Positions 45,284-55,540 are shown, counted from the first letter of the stretch. The stretch: DNA of 64,000 bases from Candidatus Nomurabacteria bacterium (GCA_031290255.1 JAITNW010000012.1:3919-67918); one strand, 5' to 3'. Translations and numbers: made by a program. The notes: a model not told the origin generated them from the letters alone.

Positions 45284-46576
45284 CTAATCGCGATTGCGAA
45301 AGCTGAAAAAAATTGGCGTGCCCGTAAATGGGAATTGCTCGCGAATTTTCCGCTCCAAGAACCTTTTGTAGCTCCAATGCAGTAAGCCCAAGTTACTACC
45401 GTACACGATAAACCAAGGCGGACAAGTGTCCGATTGCGTAATATATCGTAGTTTTGGCATCGTATTTTTCAGCCCAGCTGGCGTATGCGCCAATACTGCG
45501 TCAGTTAGGATTTTGTTTAGTTCAGAGGTTTTTATCGTCATCCGACGCTCCGCATCAATTTTTAGTGCCAATTCAAAAATCTTGGTCACGTTTTTGCCAC
45601 TCACGCTGCTCGTCAGAATCACCGGCGCATACGGAATAAAATTAAAATCCTCTTCTAGCTGGTTCAAAATCTCGTCACCCTCCTTCCCCTCAAGATCCGT
45701 TTTGGTCACAATCAGTATAATTCCTTTGCCCGCGTCAATAATCTGCCCCGCCAGAGCCTGATCTAGCTTAGCATGCGACTCAGTACTATCAATCAAAAGA
45801 CAGCAAATATCCGCCTCCTCAATCGCCGCAAGAGTTCGGAGCGCTGAAAACTTCTCTACGCCTACTTCGCGCTTCCCCTGCTTGCGAAGTCCTGCAGTAT
45901 CCAAAATCTCTAAATCTTTACCCTTGTACCTAATTTCCGCCCGATTGATATCGCGCGTTGTCCCAGAAATACTCGCCACAATCGCCTGCTGCTTCTCTGC
46001 CATACTATTGAACAGTGAACTTTTCCCCACATTTGGTCGCCCAATCAGGGCAATTTTCAGCGCGTTTTTATCTTGTTCTGGCTCGTAAACGTCCTCGATA
46101 TTATCAAAAATCGTATCCTCAAGCTCATTTATACCCTGCCCAGTCGTAGCAGATGTCTTGACGACGTTTTTGATTCCCAAATTTCGAAACTCATCTAGGC
46201 CCAGCGATCCACCCAAATCAGTCTTATTCAATACTAATATCACTGGCTTACCGCTTTTCAGGGTTTTCCGCGCGATATTCTTGTCATTATGATCTGTATA
46301 TTTAGTGCCATCAAGCGTCAGCAGAATTAAATCTGCCGCATCTATCGCTTCATCGATTTGCGTCTGGATTGAAGCCTCAAAATCGTCTTCCGGATCTTTT
46401 AGCCCCGCCGTATCAATCAATACATAACTGTCCTTTATGCGCGTCATCACATTGTCACGCGTTGTTCCCGCCTCGCGCGCTACAATTGCAGTTTTTTGTC
46501 GCGCCAGCCGATTAAATAAGCTAGATTTGCCAGCATTCGTTTGCCCAATAATCGCTACAATCGGAAGTTTTTTCAT
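45284..46576 (-). CDS. der: Ribosome-biogenesis GTPase Der (EngA)
   Basis: 430 aa; two G domains (GQTNAGKSSLFN and GRPNVGKSSLFN) plus a KH-like C-terminus. Confidence 0.9.
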   Translation of the reverse strand: MKKLPIVAIIGQTNAGKSSLFNRLARQKTAIVAREAGTTRDNVMTRIKDSYVLIDTAGLKDPEDDFEASIQTQIDEAIDAADLILLTLDGTKYTDHNDKNIARKTLKSGKPVILVLNKTDLGGSLGLDEFRNLGIKNVVKTSATTGQGINELEDTIFDNIEDVYEPEQDKNALKIALIGRPNVGKSSLFNSMAEKQQAIVASISGTTRDINRAEIRYKGKDLEILDTAGLRKQGKREVGVEKFSALRTLAAIEEADICCLLIDSTESHAKLDQALAGQIIDAGKGIILIVTKTDLEGKEGDEILNQLEEDFNFIPYAPVILTSSVSGKNVTKIFELALKIDAERRMTIKTSELNKILTDAVLAHTPAGLKNTMPKLRYITQSDTCPPWFIVYGSNLGLLHWSYKRFLERKIREQFPFTGTPIFFSFRNRD

Positions 46577-46590
46577 ATTACTATTGTACC

Positions 46591-47742
46591 CTAATTCCCT
46601 ATCACGCCAGCAATTTGGCGCTTAGCTTCGTCTACTGTGGTCTGATTTGGCAACATCACGTACAGGAATTGGTTCGGGTAAGTATAGGTTTTGCGCATCG
46701 CACTTATGCCATCCACGGCGTAACTATTCACGCTCCAGTTTGGATTTTCTCGGATCTGTTGTTTGGCAAATTTCACGATATTCTCACTTCCAAAGTTCGT
46801 CATAAAACTACCTTCCATTGCGCCTATGATTGACGGGTAATTTATCGCAGTGCTAGGATTGCTAAGCTTGCGGATGATCCCAGCAATTACCCTCTGTTGG
46901 TTCTCGCCACGAGTTCGGTCACCACCCTCAAAAGCATAGCGATTTCGCGAGAATCTCAGCGCTTGATTGCCATCCAAGTGGTTCACTCCCACACGAAACT
47001 CATCAAAAGCATAAGCTGAGTCCACTTCTATGCCACCCAGAGCATCCACGAGGCGCACCAGCGACTCAAAGTTGATTTGCACGTAATAGTTGATGTCCAC
47101 CGCATAAAGGATCTCTAGCGTCTCTATAGACGTATCTAGGCCATAAGTTCCAGCATGAGTCAATTTATCTGGCAAACCTTGCTTGCCCGCCAAATTTACA
47201 TAATAATCCCGAGGTGTATTGATCAGGAGAATCCGGTGTAATTTTGGGTTCACGATCGCCAACTGATTGACGTCAGATAAAGCACCGCCAGCGTCTTTAC
47301 CAGAGATATAGAGTACAAAAGGCGTAGCTAGCACCTCGTCCACTGGAGTGGTCGCAGCACTCATCTCTGCGTTAGTATCAATTTGTCGCAAAAAACCTGC
47401 CGTAGAGCTACCAAAAGTGAAAATCAGTACCTGCACTGCTATCAAGACCACTGAAGTTAGCGAAAATACTGCCGCCGTTCGCGCCCGTTCATTTTTCCTG
47501 AATGTCGTGATAATTGTTACGCTAGTCCACGCTAAAATCAGAATAATTCCCAGCGTAATCAAATTTTCTGGCACTACTCTAGAGATGATCAGCGCACAAA
47601 TCGCCATTAGGGCCGTCACGCCCAATGCGCAAGCCAGTAGCAGTCTTGCAGCACGCAAAAAACTGCCCGCTTTGCAGCTCTGAGCTACTTTTTGCCCTTT
47701 CCCCCTTTTAGGCGCTTCCACCTCTGTCTTTCCCTCTTCCAT
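46591..47742 (-). CDS. LytR-CpsA-Psr (LCP) family cell-envelope phosphotransferase
   Basis: 383 aa; TM region; ILLINTPRDYYV, LTHAGTYG, INYYVQINFESLVRLVDALGGIEV. Confidence 0.8.
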   Translation of the reverse strand: MEEGKTEVEAPKRGKGQKVAQSCKAGSFLRAARLLLACALGVTALMAICALIISRVVPENLITLGIILILAWTSVTIITTFRKNERARTAAVFSLTSVVLIAVQVLIFTFGSSTAGFLRQIDTNAEMSAATTPVDEVLATPFVLYISGKDAGGALSDVNQLAIVNPKLHRILLINTPRDYYVNLAGKQGLPDKLTHAGTYGLDTSIETLEILYAVDINYYVQINFESLVRLVDALGGIEVDSAYAFDEFRVGVNHLDGNQALRFSRNRYAFEGGDRTRGENQQRVIAGIIRKLSNPSTAINYPSIIGAMEGSFMTNFGSENIVKFAKQQIRENPNWSVNSYAVDGISAMRKTYTYPNQFLYVMLPNQTTVDEAKRQIAGVIGN

Positions 47743-48194
47743 ATCTTTTCCACTTCCAGGCGGCGCACCGCCTTATGCTCCTTAGTTCTCGTAAAGTAGT
47801 AAATAGTTGCAAAAATCACTATGCCTGTCAGTCCCGCAGCCGAATCTATCAAAATATCTCTGATTTCTCCACTGCGACCCGGGACGAAAAGCTGGTGCAT
47901 CTCATCCACGCAGGCATAAATAATGGTCAGCATCCAGCTCAACATTGCTGTGAAAGCTGGCGTAAATTTGCTAATGCCATTATTTCTTATGTAATTGTAC
48001 CATGAAGCCCCCAAAGACGCAAACAGGACAAAATGCGCAATCTTCCGGATCACGCCATTTGGTATCCCCAAGAAGTTTGCCAGAGGCACAGATTGCGCGT
48101 CCGAAAGCCGCCCATCCATCGCCGAAAACATCCAAATCGCCACCATTACTGTGATCGGTAAAAAGATTCGCCAATGTTTCCTAACATAACGCAT
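47685..48194 (-). CDS. VanZ-like family membrane protein
   Basis: 169 aa; four TM; KIAHFVLFASLG and DEMHQLFVPGRSGEIRDILIDSAG. 3' end overlaps the LCP start by 58 nt. Confidence 0.7.
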   Translation of the reverse strand: MRYVRKHWRIFLPITVMVAIWMFSAMDGRLSDAQSVPLANFLGIPNGVIRKIAHFVLFASLGASWYNYIRNNGISKFTPAFTAMLSWMLTIIYACVDEMHQLFVPGRSGEIRDILIDSAAGLTGIVIFATIYYFTRTKEHKAVRRLEVEKIWKRERQRWKRLKGGKGKK

Positions 48195-48215
48195 ACGCTA
48201 ACAGTGTAGCACACT

Positions 48216-48995
48216 TTAATGTGTGATTTCTACGCCGCCAATGTTCTGCAGAACGTCCAGAATGTCGGTCGCCTCACGCTTAATCACGCCCACTCTATCA
48301 TCAATTTCGCCCACCGTAGCTTGCGGAGTTTCCGTATCTGGAGCCACGACTGCGCCAATTATATTACTGCGTCGCCTCGCAAATTGTGCGGGAGCATTTT
48401 TGGCGCGATTACTTTGATATTCAAATGCAATAAAAAGCACTATGATCGCCGCAACCGAAGTACCGAGAGCCATCACTGCGACATTTTGTGTAGTTTTTAC
48501 GTTTGTAGTGTCAGGGCTAAAACTTGCTTCGTCAATCACCGTAATAATCTGGTTAGACGCGCCGTCCTCTGCTACTCCAGTATCTAGCCCTAAAGATTCT
48601 AGATTAAAGCTCTCAACCAAGCTAGAGTTGATCGTCTGTGCCAATTCAGGGTTACTCGCCATCACCGAGATCGTAATAATTTCAGTAGATTTCTCATTCA
48701 CAATTGAAATATTTTGATATAGTTCGGCATAATTCATCGTAAGCGCGTTCTTCTCGATAATCGGCTCCAATACTTTGCGGGACTTTAACAGAGTCACGTA
48801 ATTGTTGATCAGCATAGAATCAGGGTTATTTTTGTGTTGGTTAAGAATCACCGTAGAATCGCTATGGAACTGAGGTTTTACCATACTATATGAGTATAAA
48901 GCTCCCCCCCCCGCACCTAGCAAGGTTGCTGTAATAACCACCCAAAGATATTTTAGATAGTGGCGCATTAATTTATCTAAACTAATTTCTTGCAT
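48216..48995 (-). CDS. Wzz/CpsC-like polysaccharide chain-length determinant
   Basis: 259 aa; TM1 after MRHYLKYLWVV, periplasmic-type loop, TM2 near the C-terminus. Contains a G9 tract (48904-48912). Confidence 0.55.
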   Translation of the reverse strand: MQEISLDKLMRHYLKYLWVVITATLLGAGGGALYSYSMVKPQFHSDSTVILNQHKNNPDSMLINNYVTLLKSRKVLEPIIEKNALTMNYAELYQNISIVNEKSTEIITISVMASNPELAQTINSSLVESFNLESLGLDTGVAEDGASNQIITVIDEASFSPDTTNVKTTQNVAVMALGTSVAAIIVLFIAFEYQSNRAKNAPAQFARRRSNIIGAVVAPDTETPQATVGEIDDRVGVIKREATDILDVLQNIGGVEITH

Positions 48996-49035
48996 ATTTT
49001 CCTAATAATTTTATTAAATGAGATAACTTTTTGTC

Positions 49036-49064
49036 ATTATAGCAAAGACAGTCAGTTTTGTCAA
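49036..49064 (-). promoter_or_regulatory. Promoter of the Wzz-like gene (TTGACA-N17-TATAAT)
   Basis: Reverse complement of 49036-49064; about 40 nt upstream of ATG 48995. Confidence 0.55.
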
Positions 49065-49125
49065 CAGTTATCACATATAACGTGCGCTTTACATACACCT
49101 TGAGATTTGTTAAAATGTCTCAAGT

Positions 49126-49202
49126 GGTCCCGTCGTCTAGTGGTCTAGGACGTCTGGTTCTCATCCAGAAAATCGCGGGTTCGACTCCCGCCGGGATCAC
49201 CA
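49126..49202 (+). tRNA. tRNA-Glu (anticodon CUC)
   Basis: Acceptor GGTCCCG/CGGGATC, anticodon arm TCTGG-TTCTCAT-CCAGA, T arm GCGGG-TTCGACT-CCCGC, CCA. Terminator AGCGT..ACGCT + T6 follows. Confidence 0.9.
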
Positions 49203-49402
49203 TACGATAATAATTAGCGTCTAAAGACGCTTTTTTGCTGTTTGCGACAGATTAGAAAAGCCTGAACCGTTAGTTCTGTAATCATATTTATACTATGTCA
49301 ATGGTATATTATGCTTGCAAAATATCACAATCTGTGGTATAATGAGGTTATAAGGCATACGATTTGATCGTAAACCCCGTACCTTGAAAGGAGCTAAACG
49401 CT

Positions 49403-50539
49403 ATGAAAAAAGTATCTGCTATTTTACTTTGTGCTATTCTGTTCGTGATACCCCTGTCTGGCTGCGGCGACAATTCCGCTGCTTCGCAGAACCACCCGGA
49501 GACTATCTCGGCGCCCCCCACTGAAACCCCCGTATCTACCACTGAAGAGCCCGCAGCCATCAAGCCCGCAAACCCCGACCCCGCACCCGCAGAAAGCGCA
49601 GAGCCCGAGGAAGAGCTGGATTTTACCGATGCGTACGCTGCGTACCTGCAGATTTACCGCGAATATACGTGGGATATTGTCAGGTATAATTGGTGTGCCG
49701 GCGACGGTCCGGTGGCATTTTGCAACGTAATCGGTGACGCTACCCCAGAATTTTTCTTTTTCACCGTACCCTCAGTTAAAGGTTACGAAGCCTATCTCAG
49801 CATCTATACTTACGAGAATAACGGCGCGGTAGAGATCTTTCATGAGGGAATCGACATATTGGCAGGAGCAGGCACATCCTATTGCTTGTTCACAACCACA
49901 GACGGTGAAGTATTCCTGTATATCCGCAGCGCCGACGGGCAAAGGGTCTTCTCGTTCACAAAGCTTGAGCTTGATGCTCAAGGAAGAATGGTGCCAGCAG
50001 GTACGTTCTTGCGCGAAGAAAACAAGAAATTCATGCAAGACGACGCCGAAATCACCATGAGCGAATATCGGACTCTCGCGAATTCCCTCATGGGCAAAAT
50101 GAGGGATGTAGTGATCTGGAGTTGCACAGAGTTCGATGAACCTTGGGATAAAATCTCTCAGTTAGGCAGTTCGGCCATGAGCGCTGAAGACGCAGTGGAG
50201 TTTCTGATAGTAGAGTCCGGTCAATCAGGCCCTAGTGTGGTGATAGCCACGGACTCTCCTGGCCAAGATCAAGCAATCGCTTATATGTTGCCACATGTCG
50301 TGGCGGAGTGGCCGGATGAGAATCTCGATGTAGATATGGTTGCGAAATATTGTAGCTTTACTGCAACCGTCTCAGATAGGCTACTAGATAATGAGCCGAT
50401 CTTCCTCATAGAATTTTCTCTCGAGAGTGTTGGGGAAGGCAAAGCTTTGGTGTTCTCCGATGGGACCATCATCAGCGGTCGCAAAGCGGAGTTTAGCAAC
50501 TATAAAGGCTATTTTGATAAATGGCCTTTCCCTGCCTGA
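49403..50539 (+). CDS. Hypothetical lipoprotein
   Basis: 378 aa; lipobox LSGC; Pro/Glu/Ala-rich linker; strong SD GAAAGGAG. Sequence texture differs from neighbouring genes. Confidence 0.6.
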   Translation: MKKVSAILLCAILFVIPLSGCGDNSAASQNHPETISAPPTETPVSTTEEPAAIKPANPDPAPAESAEPEEELDFTDAYAAYLQIYREYTWDIVRYNWCAGDGPVAFCNVIGDATPEFFFFTVPSVKGYEAYLSIYTYENNGAVEIFHEGIDILAGAGTSYCLFTTTDGEVFLYIRSADGQRVFSFTKLELDAQGRMVPAGTFLREENKKFMQDDAEITMSEYRTLANSLMGKMRDVVIWSCTEFDEPWDKISQLGSSAMSAEDAVEFLIVESGQSGPSVVIATDSPGQDQAIAYMLPHVVAEWPDENLDVDMVAKYCSFTATVSDRLLDNEPIFLIEFSLESVGEGKALVFSDGTIISGRKAEFSNYKGYFDKWPFPA

Positions 50540-50550
50540 TTAAGGCAACG

Positions 50551-50579
50551 AACCCCTGCTCTAGAAGCAGGGGTTTTTC
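50551..50579 (+). terminator. Intrinsic terminator after the lipoprotein gene
   Basis: CCCCTGCT-ctaga-AGCAGGGG followed by TTTTTC. Confidence 0.65.
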
Positions 50580-50638
50580 TTTCCCATCAAATTGCCGAAA
50601 AAGCTCTTGGGTCACCTTTGTAAGATGCTTATCCTTTC

Positions 50639-50667
50639 ATTATATCACACCTTGAACTTTTTGTCAA
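50639..50667 (-). promoter_or_regulatory. Consensus promoter (TTGACA-N17-TATAAT) with no downstream ORF
   Basis: Reverse complement of 50639-50667. Lies just past the stop of the 50710 gene and points at the 50551-50579 hairpin. Confidence 0.5.
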
Positions 50668-50709
50668 TATCTACGACACGAAAACTGAATAAAATTCAAA
50701 TTTTATAGA

Positions 50710-51867
50710 CTAATTCCAACTCACCGAGCCAGAATTGTTAGGATAAGCGCTAATCCAAGTTTGCCCGCGATTTAGCAAAATTACATTGCCGTTTCCGTCA
50801 AGCAACTTTAGCTCGTCATCCACTGTTGGCCGACTCCATTTTCCCTCTACCACTGAACCATTTTGGAACACATAAGCAGTACCTGATCCGGTAGTGGTGT
50901 AATTCGCATAGGCGGAATCGGGTCGCGATACGGGCTGTACCCCAATCGCAACTACAGTTGACGGAGCGTATTGCTTTAATGAGCCATCTTGCGCTTTATC
51001 AAAATGCTTCCCGCCGGATTGATGCGAGCGCAAATACGTGTTCGTTTCTGCGTCATAAGTGTAAACGGGGTTATATAGCGCGGAAGACATCTTGATTGTG
51101 ATATTGCTGACCGTTTTGTCTGGAATTGCCGGCGCATCATCTGCATCTAGCCTCTCAAAACCCTCAAAAATCGAGGAAATATAGCCTTTTGAAGTATTCA
51201 GTTTGTCTAGTCGCTCGAAGCTAGTGTATAAATTATGCGGTGCGTATCGCCCAGATTGTCGCCAATAGGCGCTAGAATTTTGAAATTCGTCGATATCGCG
51301 GTAACCATTTGCGACATTTCTGATCAAGGCGAGAGCATCGGACGCTCCTCCGGCATGCGCAATTGAGCAATTATAAGGCTTCGCCCAATGTGCGTAATAG
51401 AGGCGCACGCTCCGCACTGGCCCGATGAAATTCGGCTTTGACTCCTGGTAAATCGCCATAAAGCGCGTAATCCCACCTTCAGCGATTGCCTCATAAATCA
51501 CTCCGGCATCTTTGAGCCCAGATTGTGGCCGCGCATCTGGTGAATTTTCAATCATAATACAGGTCGCAGCTTGTGTTTCGGAAGCTTTATTGGCAACTTC
51601 TCTACCAGTCAAATGCGAATAATAAACAATATCTGGATTAGTGACATCATCTCCATCATCTGCCCCAAGGATTTTCTCATGACTACTGGGCATAAATACT
51701 AGTAGGCTAAGCGCAACAATTATCGCCACGCCAAGCACGCTCGAGATAATTATTAGAGGAAACTTATGTCGTTTTGCCCAAGACTCTTTTTTGGGCATAT
51801 TGTGGGGCGTCTGAAAATCGTCAATTATCACGCCACCATTCTCTGCTTTCTCGCGTCGCAGTTTCAT
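50710..51867 (-). CDS. DUF3048 (YerB-like) domain protein, TM-anchored
   Basis: 385 aa; TM LIIISSVLGVAIIVALSLLVF; RPQSGL..AGVIYEAIAEGGITRFMAIY segment typical of DUF3048. Confidence 0.6.
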   Translation of the reverse strand: MKLRREKAENGGVIIDDFQTPHNMPKKESWAKRHKFPLIIISSVLGVAIIVALSLLVFMPSSHEKILGADDGDDVTNPDIVYYSHLTGREVANKASETQAATCIMIENSPDARPQSGLKDAGVIYEAIAEGGITRFMAIYQESKPNFIGPVRSVRLYYAHWAKPYNCSIAHAGGASDALALIRNVANGYRDIDEFQNSSAYWRQSGRYAPHNLYTSFERLDKLNTSKGYISSIFEGFERLDADDAPAIPDKTVSNITIKMSSALYNPVYTYDAETNTYLRSHQSGGKHFDKAQDGSLKQYAPSTVVAIGVQPVSRPDSAYANYTTTGSGTAYVFQNGSVVEGKWSRPTVDDELKLLDGNGNVILLNRGQTWISAYPNNSGSVSWN

Positions 51868-51889
51868 GCTTAATATTGTAGCACTTATG

Positions 51890-53338
51890 CTAATTGTTGG
51901 CGAGTGCTGTAATCACTGCATTTAGCCGCGCCAGAGTGACGTTTTTGCCAAGTACTTTCATAGTGTCGTGCAGGGCTGGGCTAAATGGCGCAAAGGAAAG
52001 ACTGATTCTAATCAAGCTAAATATCTCGGCAGGTTTTTTCCCGCTTTCCGCTAGGATTCTATTCAATTCTCCTTGCAACACCTCTGCATTCCACTCAGAA
52101 ACTTGATCAAGTTTATCTACGCTTTTCCGTAGCATTTCCATTAGTTCCTGCTCAGAAAATTTCTTCAAAAATTTATTCTCAAAGATCATATCTTGATCAA
52201 TTCTTGGAGCCACGAAGAAATAATCCGTCATAGTTTGGAGATCGGATAAAGTCTTTAGTCGGTCATAAATTATCTCAAATACGGCATATTTCTCTGCATC
52301 TTTGAACCCGCTTGCGCTTTCTGGCCAAAAGCCTTCCGTCCGTGCATATAATGCCTGCGCATCTTCCGTAAAAAGTCGCCGGATCCACTGGCCATTCAGC
52401 CAATTCAGCTTATTCTCGTCAAATCTTGCGCCGGCCCGCTGAACCCGGTTCAGCTTAAATTCGCGCACCAAATCTTCCATACTATAAAGCTCTTTTTCTG
52501 TGCCGTCATTCCAACCCAGGCACGCCAAAAAATTCACCATCGCCTCGCCCAAAATCCCATCATCACGGTAATCCGTCACAGATTTTGCGCCATCGCGTTT
52601 GCCAAGTTTCTTGTTCCCTGTAGGCCCCAAAATATGTGGCAATTGGGCGAAAATTGGGCGCTCTAACTCCAGAGCATCATAAAGCGCCAGATAATTTCCC
52701 ATACTCGGCAGGTATTCCTGCCCGCGCATCACGTGCGTCACGCCCATCGTGGCGTCGTCCACGATATGTGCAAAATTATAAGTTGGCAAACCATCCGCTT
52801 TGATCAAAATAAAATCATCTTGCGTCTCTGGCCCCATATGTAAGTCGCCGTAAACCTCATCATGATAATCATAATCTTTCGGCTCAGCCTTAAATCTGAG
52901 AGGTATACCAGCTTCCCACTTAGGAGTATTCTCCGGACGATAATCACGATACAAAAATGGTTTTTTAGCCCTATTCGCTTCTTCGCGATATTTATTGATA
53001 GTTTCCGAAGGTGTCGAATCCGCATATGCTCGCCCCGCCGCAATCAGTTTCTCCGCCCATTCCTTATAAATCTCCGCCCTTTCCGTTTGAAAATACGGCG
53101 CATGTGGCCCGCCCACACCCGGCCCCTCATTCCAATCCAACCCCAACCATTTAAGCGTATCCATGATCAGCTCAGTTGCACCCTCCACAAACCGCGCCTG
53201 ATCCGTATCCTCGATCCGTAAAATAAAATCTCCATCCGTCTGCCGCGCCACCAAATACGGATAAATTGCCGAACGCACATTACCAATATGTATATAGCCA
53301 GTCGGCGATGGCGCAAAACGAGTCACTGCTTTTTTCAT
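51890..53338 (-). CDS. gltX: Glutamyl-tRNA synthetase
   Basis: 482 aa; RFAPSPTGYIHIGN (HIGH), KLGKRDG (KMSKS-like). Confidence 0.9.
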   Translation of the reverse strand: MKKAVTRFAPSPTGYIHIGNVRSAIYPYLVARQTDGDFILRIEDTDQARFVEGATELIMDTLKWLGLDWNEGPGVGGPHAPYFQTERAEIYKEWAEKLIAAGRAYADSTPSETINKYREEANRAKKPFLYRDYRPENTPKWEAGIPLRFKAEPKDYDYHDEVYGDLHMGPETQDDFILIKADGLPTYNFAHIVDDATMGVTHVMRGQEYLPSMGNYLALYDALELERPIFAQLPHILGPTGNKKLGKRDGAKSVTDYRDDGILGEAMVNFLACLGWNDGTEKELYSMEDLVREFKLNRVQRAGARFDENKLNWLNGQWIRRLFTEDAQALYARTEGFWPESASGFKDAEKYAVFEIIYDRLKTLSDLQTMTDYFFVAPRIDQDMIFENKFLKKFSEQELMEMLRKSVDKLDQVSEWNAEVLQGELNRILAESGKKPAEIFSLIRISLSFAPFSPALHDTMKVLGKNVTLARLNAVITALANN

Positions 53339-53360
53339 ACCCTTATTCTACCATACCTAC

Positions 53361-55331
53361 CTATGCCCCCGTGATATAAGATTTAATATCATCAATCTGA
53401 TCGCGAATCTCCGCCGCCCGCTCAAATTCCAAATTCGCTGCCGCAAGTTGCATTTGCGAGTTCAATTCTTTGATAATGGCCGGATACTCCTCGCGCGGAA
53501 TCCGCTTCAAGTCCAGCTTCTTTGATTTATCCTTCTCTGGGATAATCGCTCTCAGCCCCTCAGAAATTTCTTTCGCCACTGACTGTGGCGTAATGCCGTG
53601 CTCTTCATTATATTTCCGCTGAATATCGCGTCGCCGATTTGTTTCATCGATCGCGCGCTCCATCGAGCCCGTGATATTATCAGCATACATAATCACTTTC
53701 CCCTCCACATTTCGCGCTGCCCGCCCAATCGTCTGAATTAGCGCTTGTTCGCTTCTTAGGAACCCTTCTTTATCTGCATCAAGAATCGCCACCAAAGACA
53801 CTTCCGGCAGATCCAAGCCTTCACGTAGCAGATTGATCCCAATCAGCACATCGTAAACCCCCGCCCGTAGATCTCGCAGAATATCCCCTCTCTCCAAAGT
53901 ATCGATATCGCTATGCAAATACGCCGTCTTGAGCCCCAATTCAATCAAATGCGCCGACAAATCCTCTGCCATGCGCTTAGTCAGAGTAGTCACGAGTACC
54001 CTTTCGCCCTTCGCCGTCCTTTTATCTATTTCTTCAATCAAATCGTCGATCTGATTATCCGTAGGGCGCACTTCCACCTCCGGATCTAATAGTCCGGTGG
54101 GGCGAATTACCTGTTGTGCCGGTTCCGGACTATGTGTCAATTCGTAATCTCCAGGAGTCGCCGAAACATAAACTGCTTGATTGATATGCGCATCAAATTC
54201 CCCAAAAGTTAGCGGGCGATTATCAAGCGCGCTCGGCAAGCGGAACCCATACTCCACCAAAGTCTCCTTCCGCGCATGATCACCGTTATACATTCCCCTC
54301 ACCTGCGGCAAAGTCATATGCGACTCATCCACCATCATCAAAAAATCCTTCGGAAAATAATCCATTAGTGTCGATGGCGGTTGCCCCTGCACGCGCCCCT
54401 CCAGGTGCCTGGAATAATTCTCAATTCCCTTCACAAATCCGGTTTCCTCAAGCATTTCCAGGTCGTATTTCACCCTCTGAGACAAACGTTGCACTTCCAG
54501 ATATTTATGTTCTTTCTCAAAATGTTTTAGCCGTTCGTCAAATTCCGCCCGAATTCGCTTGATTGCCGGCTCCAAAGACTCCTTAGACGTAGCATAATGC
54601 GTATTTGGAAAAATCCCAATCTCATCAGGAGTCGCCAACACTTCTGCCGTCAAAGGGTCAATCATCTTTATATTTTCTATCGCATCAAAACCGAATTCTA
54701 GCCGATATGCCCTATCGCCCGACGCCGGAAAAACATCAATCGTGTCGCCCCGCACCCTGAAAGTTCCCCGCTCAAATGAGATATCATTTCGATGGTACTG
54801 TACTTCTGTTAATAGCCGAATAAATTGCGAAAAGTCCCGCTTCTCACCTTTAACTATTCGCACCGCCATCGCCTTATAATTATCTGGCGAACCAATACCG
54901 TAAATACAGGACACCGAAGCCACAATAATCGTATCGCGCCGCGTCAGCAGTGCCTCTGTCGCAGCGTGCCTCAATCGATCGATTTCCTCATTAATCGCGC
55001 TATCCTTCTCAATATAAGTGTCTGAGCTTGCAATATAAGCCTCCGGCTGATAATAATCAAAATAACTCACAAAATAATGCACCTCATTCTCCGGGAAAAA
55101 ATCCCGAAACTCTGAATAAAGCTGTGCCGCCAAAGTCTTATTGTGCGCCAGCACGAGCGTCGGCACATTCTTCTGTGCAATCAAATTCGCCATCGTAAAA
55201 GTTTTGCCCGACCCCGTCACGCCAAGCAACGTTTGCTCCCTAGCGCCATGATTCAGCCCATGCATCAACTGAGCAATCGCACTCGGCTGATCGCCCGTTG
55301 GTTTGTACTTGCTCACAAGCTTGAAATTCAT
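53361..55331 (-). CDS. uvrB: Excinuclease ABC subunit B
   Basis: 656 aa; [14 protein letters not shown]-terminal UVR helix [20 protein letters not shown] ends 7 nt before the ATG, so the mRNA is probably leaderless. Confidence 0.95.
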   Translation of the reverse strand: MNFKLVSKYKPTGDQPSAIAQLMHGLNHGAREQTLLGVTGSGKTFTMANLIAQKNVPTLVLAHNKTLAAQLYSEFRDFFPENEVHYFVSYFDYYQPEAYIASSDTYIEKDSAINEEIDRLRHAATEALLTRRDTIIVASVSCIYGIGSPDNYKAMAVRIVKGEKRDFSQFIRLLTEVQYHRNDISFERGTFRVRGDTIDVFPASGDRAYRLEFGFDAIENIKMIDPLTAEVLATPDEIGIFPNTHYATSKESLEPAIKRIRAEFDERLKHFEKEHKYLEVQRLSQRVKYDLEMLEETGFVKGIENYSRHLEGRVQGQPPSTLMDYFPKDFLMMVDESHMTLPQVRGMYNGDHARKETLVEYGFRLPSALDNRPLTFGEFDAHINQAVYVSATPGDYELTHSPEPAQQVIRPTGLLDPEVEVRPTDNQIDDLIEEIDKRTAKGERVLVTTLTKRMAEDLSAHLIELGLKTAYLHSDIDTLERGDILRDLRAGVYDVLIGINLLREGLDLPEVSLVAILDADKEGFLRSEQALIQTIGRAARNVEGKVIMYADNITGSMERAIDETNRRRDIQRKYNEEHGITPQSVAKEISEGLRAIIPEKDKSKKLDLKRIPREEYPAIIKELNSQMQLAAANLEFERAAEIRDQIDDIKSYITGA

Positions 55332-55370
55332 AAGTAATATTATATCATAATCGCCGATGAGTGGCTTAAC

Positions 55371-55399
55371 TTGACTTTTTCGGTCATCTGTGATACAAT
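55371..55399 (+). promoter_or_regulatory. Consensus promoter (TTGACT-N17-TACAAT) upstream of a terminated short transcript
   Basis: TTGACT 55371-55376, TACAAT 55394-55399. Confidence 0.55.
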
Positions 55400-55405
55400 G
55401 AGAAG

Positions 55406-55486
55406 ATAGGCTGGTCTCTGAGTTATTCTAAGAGCTCTCAGCAAAATCTCACCCCTCAAGAAAAATCCACCGCAAGGTGGCTTTTT
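55406..55486 (+). ncRNA. Candidate ~80-nt small RNA or attenuated leader upstream of uvrA
   Basis: Runs from the 55371-55399 promoter to hairpin CCACC-gcaa-GGTGG + CTTTTT (55467-55486). A second promoter (TTGCCT-N17-TATAAT, 55502-55530) sits between it and uvrA. Confidence 0.35.
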
Positions 55487-55540
55487 CAAGCTCGCTGCAT
55501 CTTGCCTTTTACAGATAAAAAGCGTATAATGCTAGGGTTT

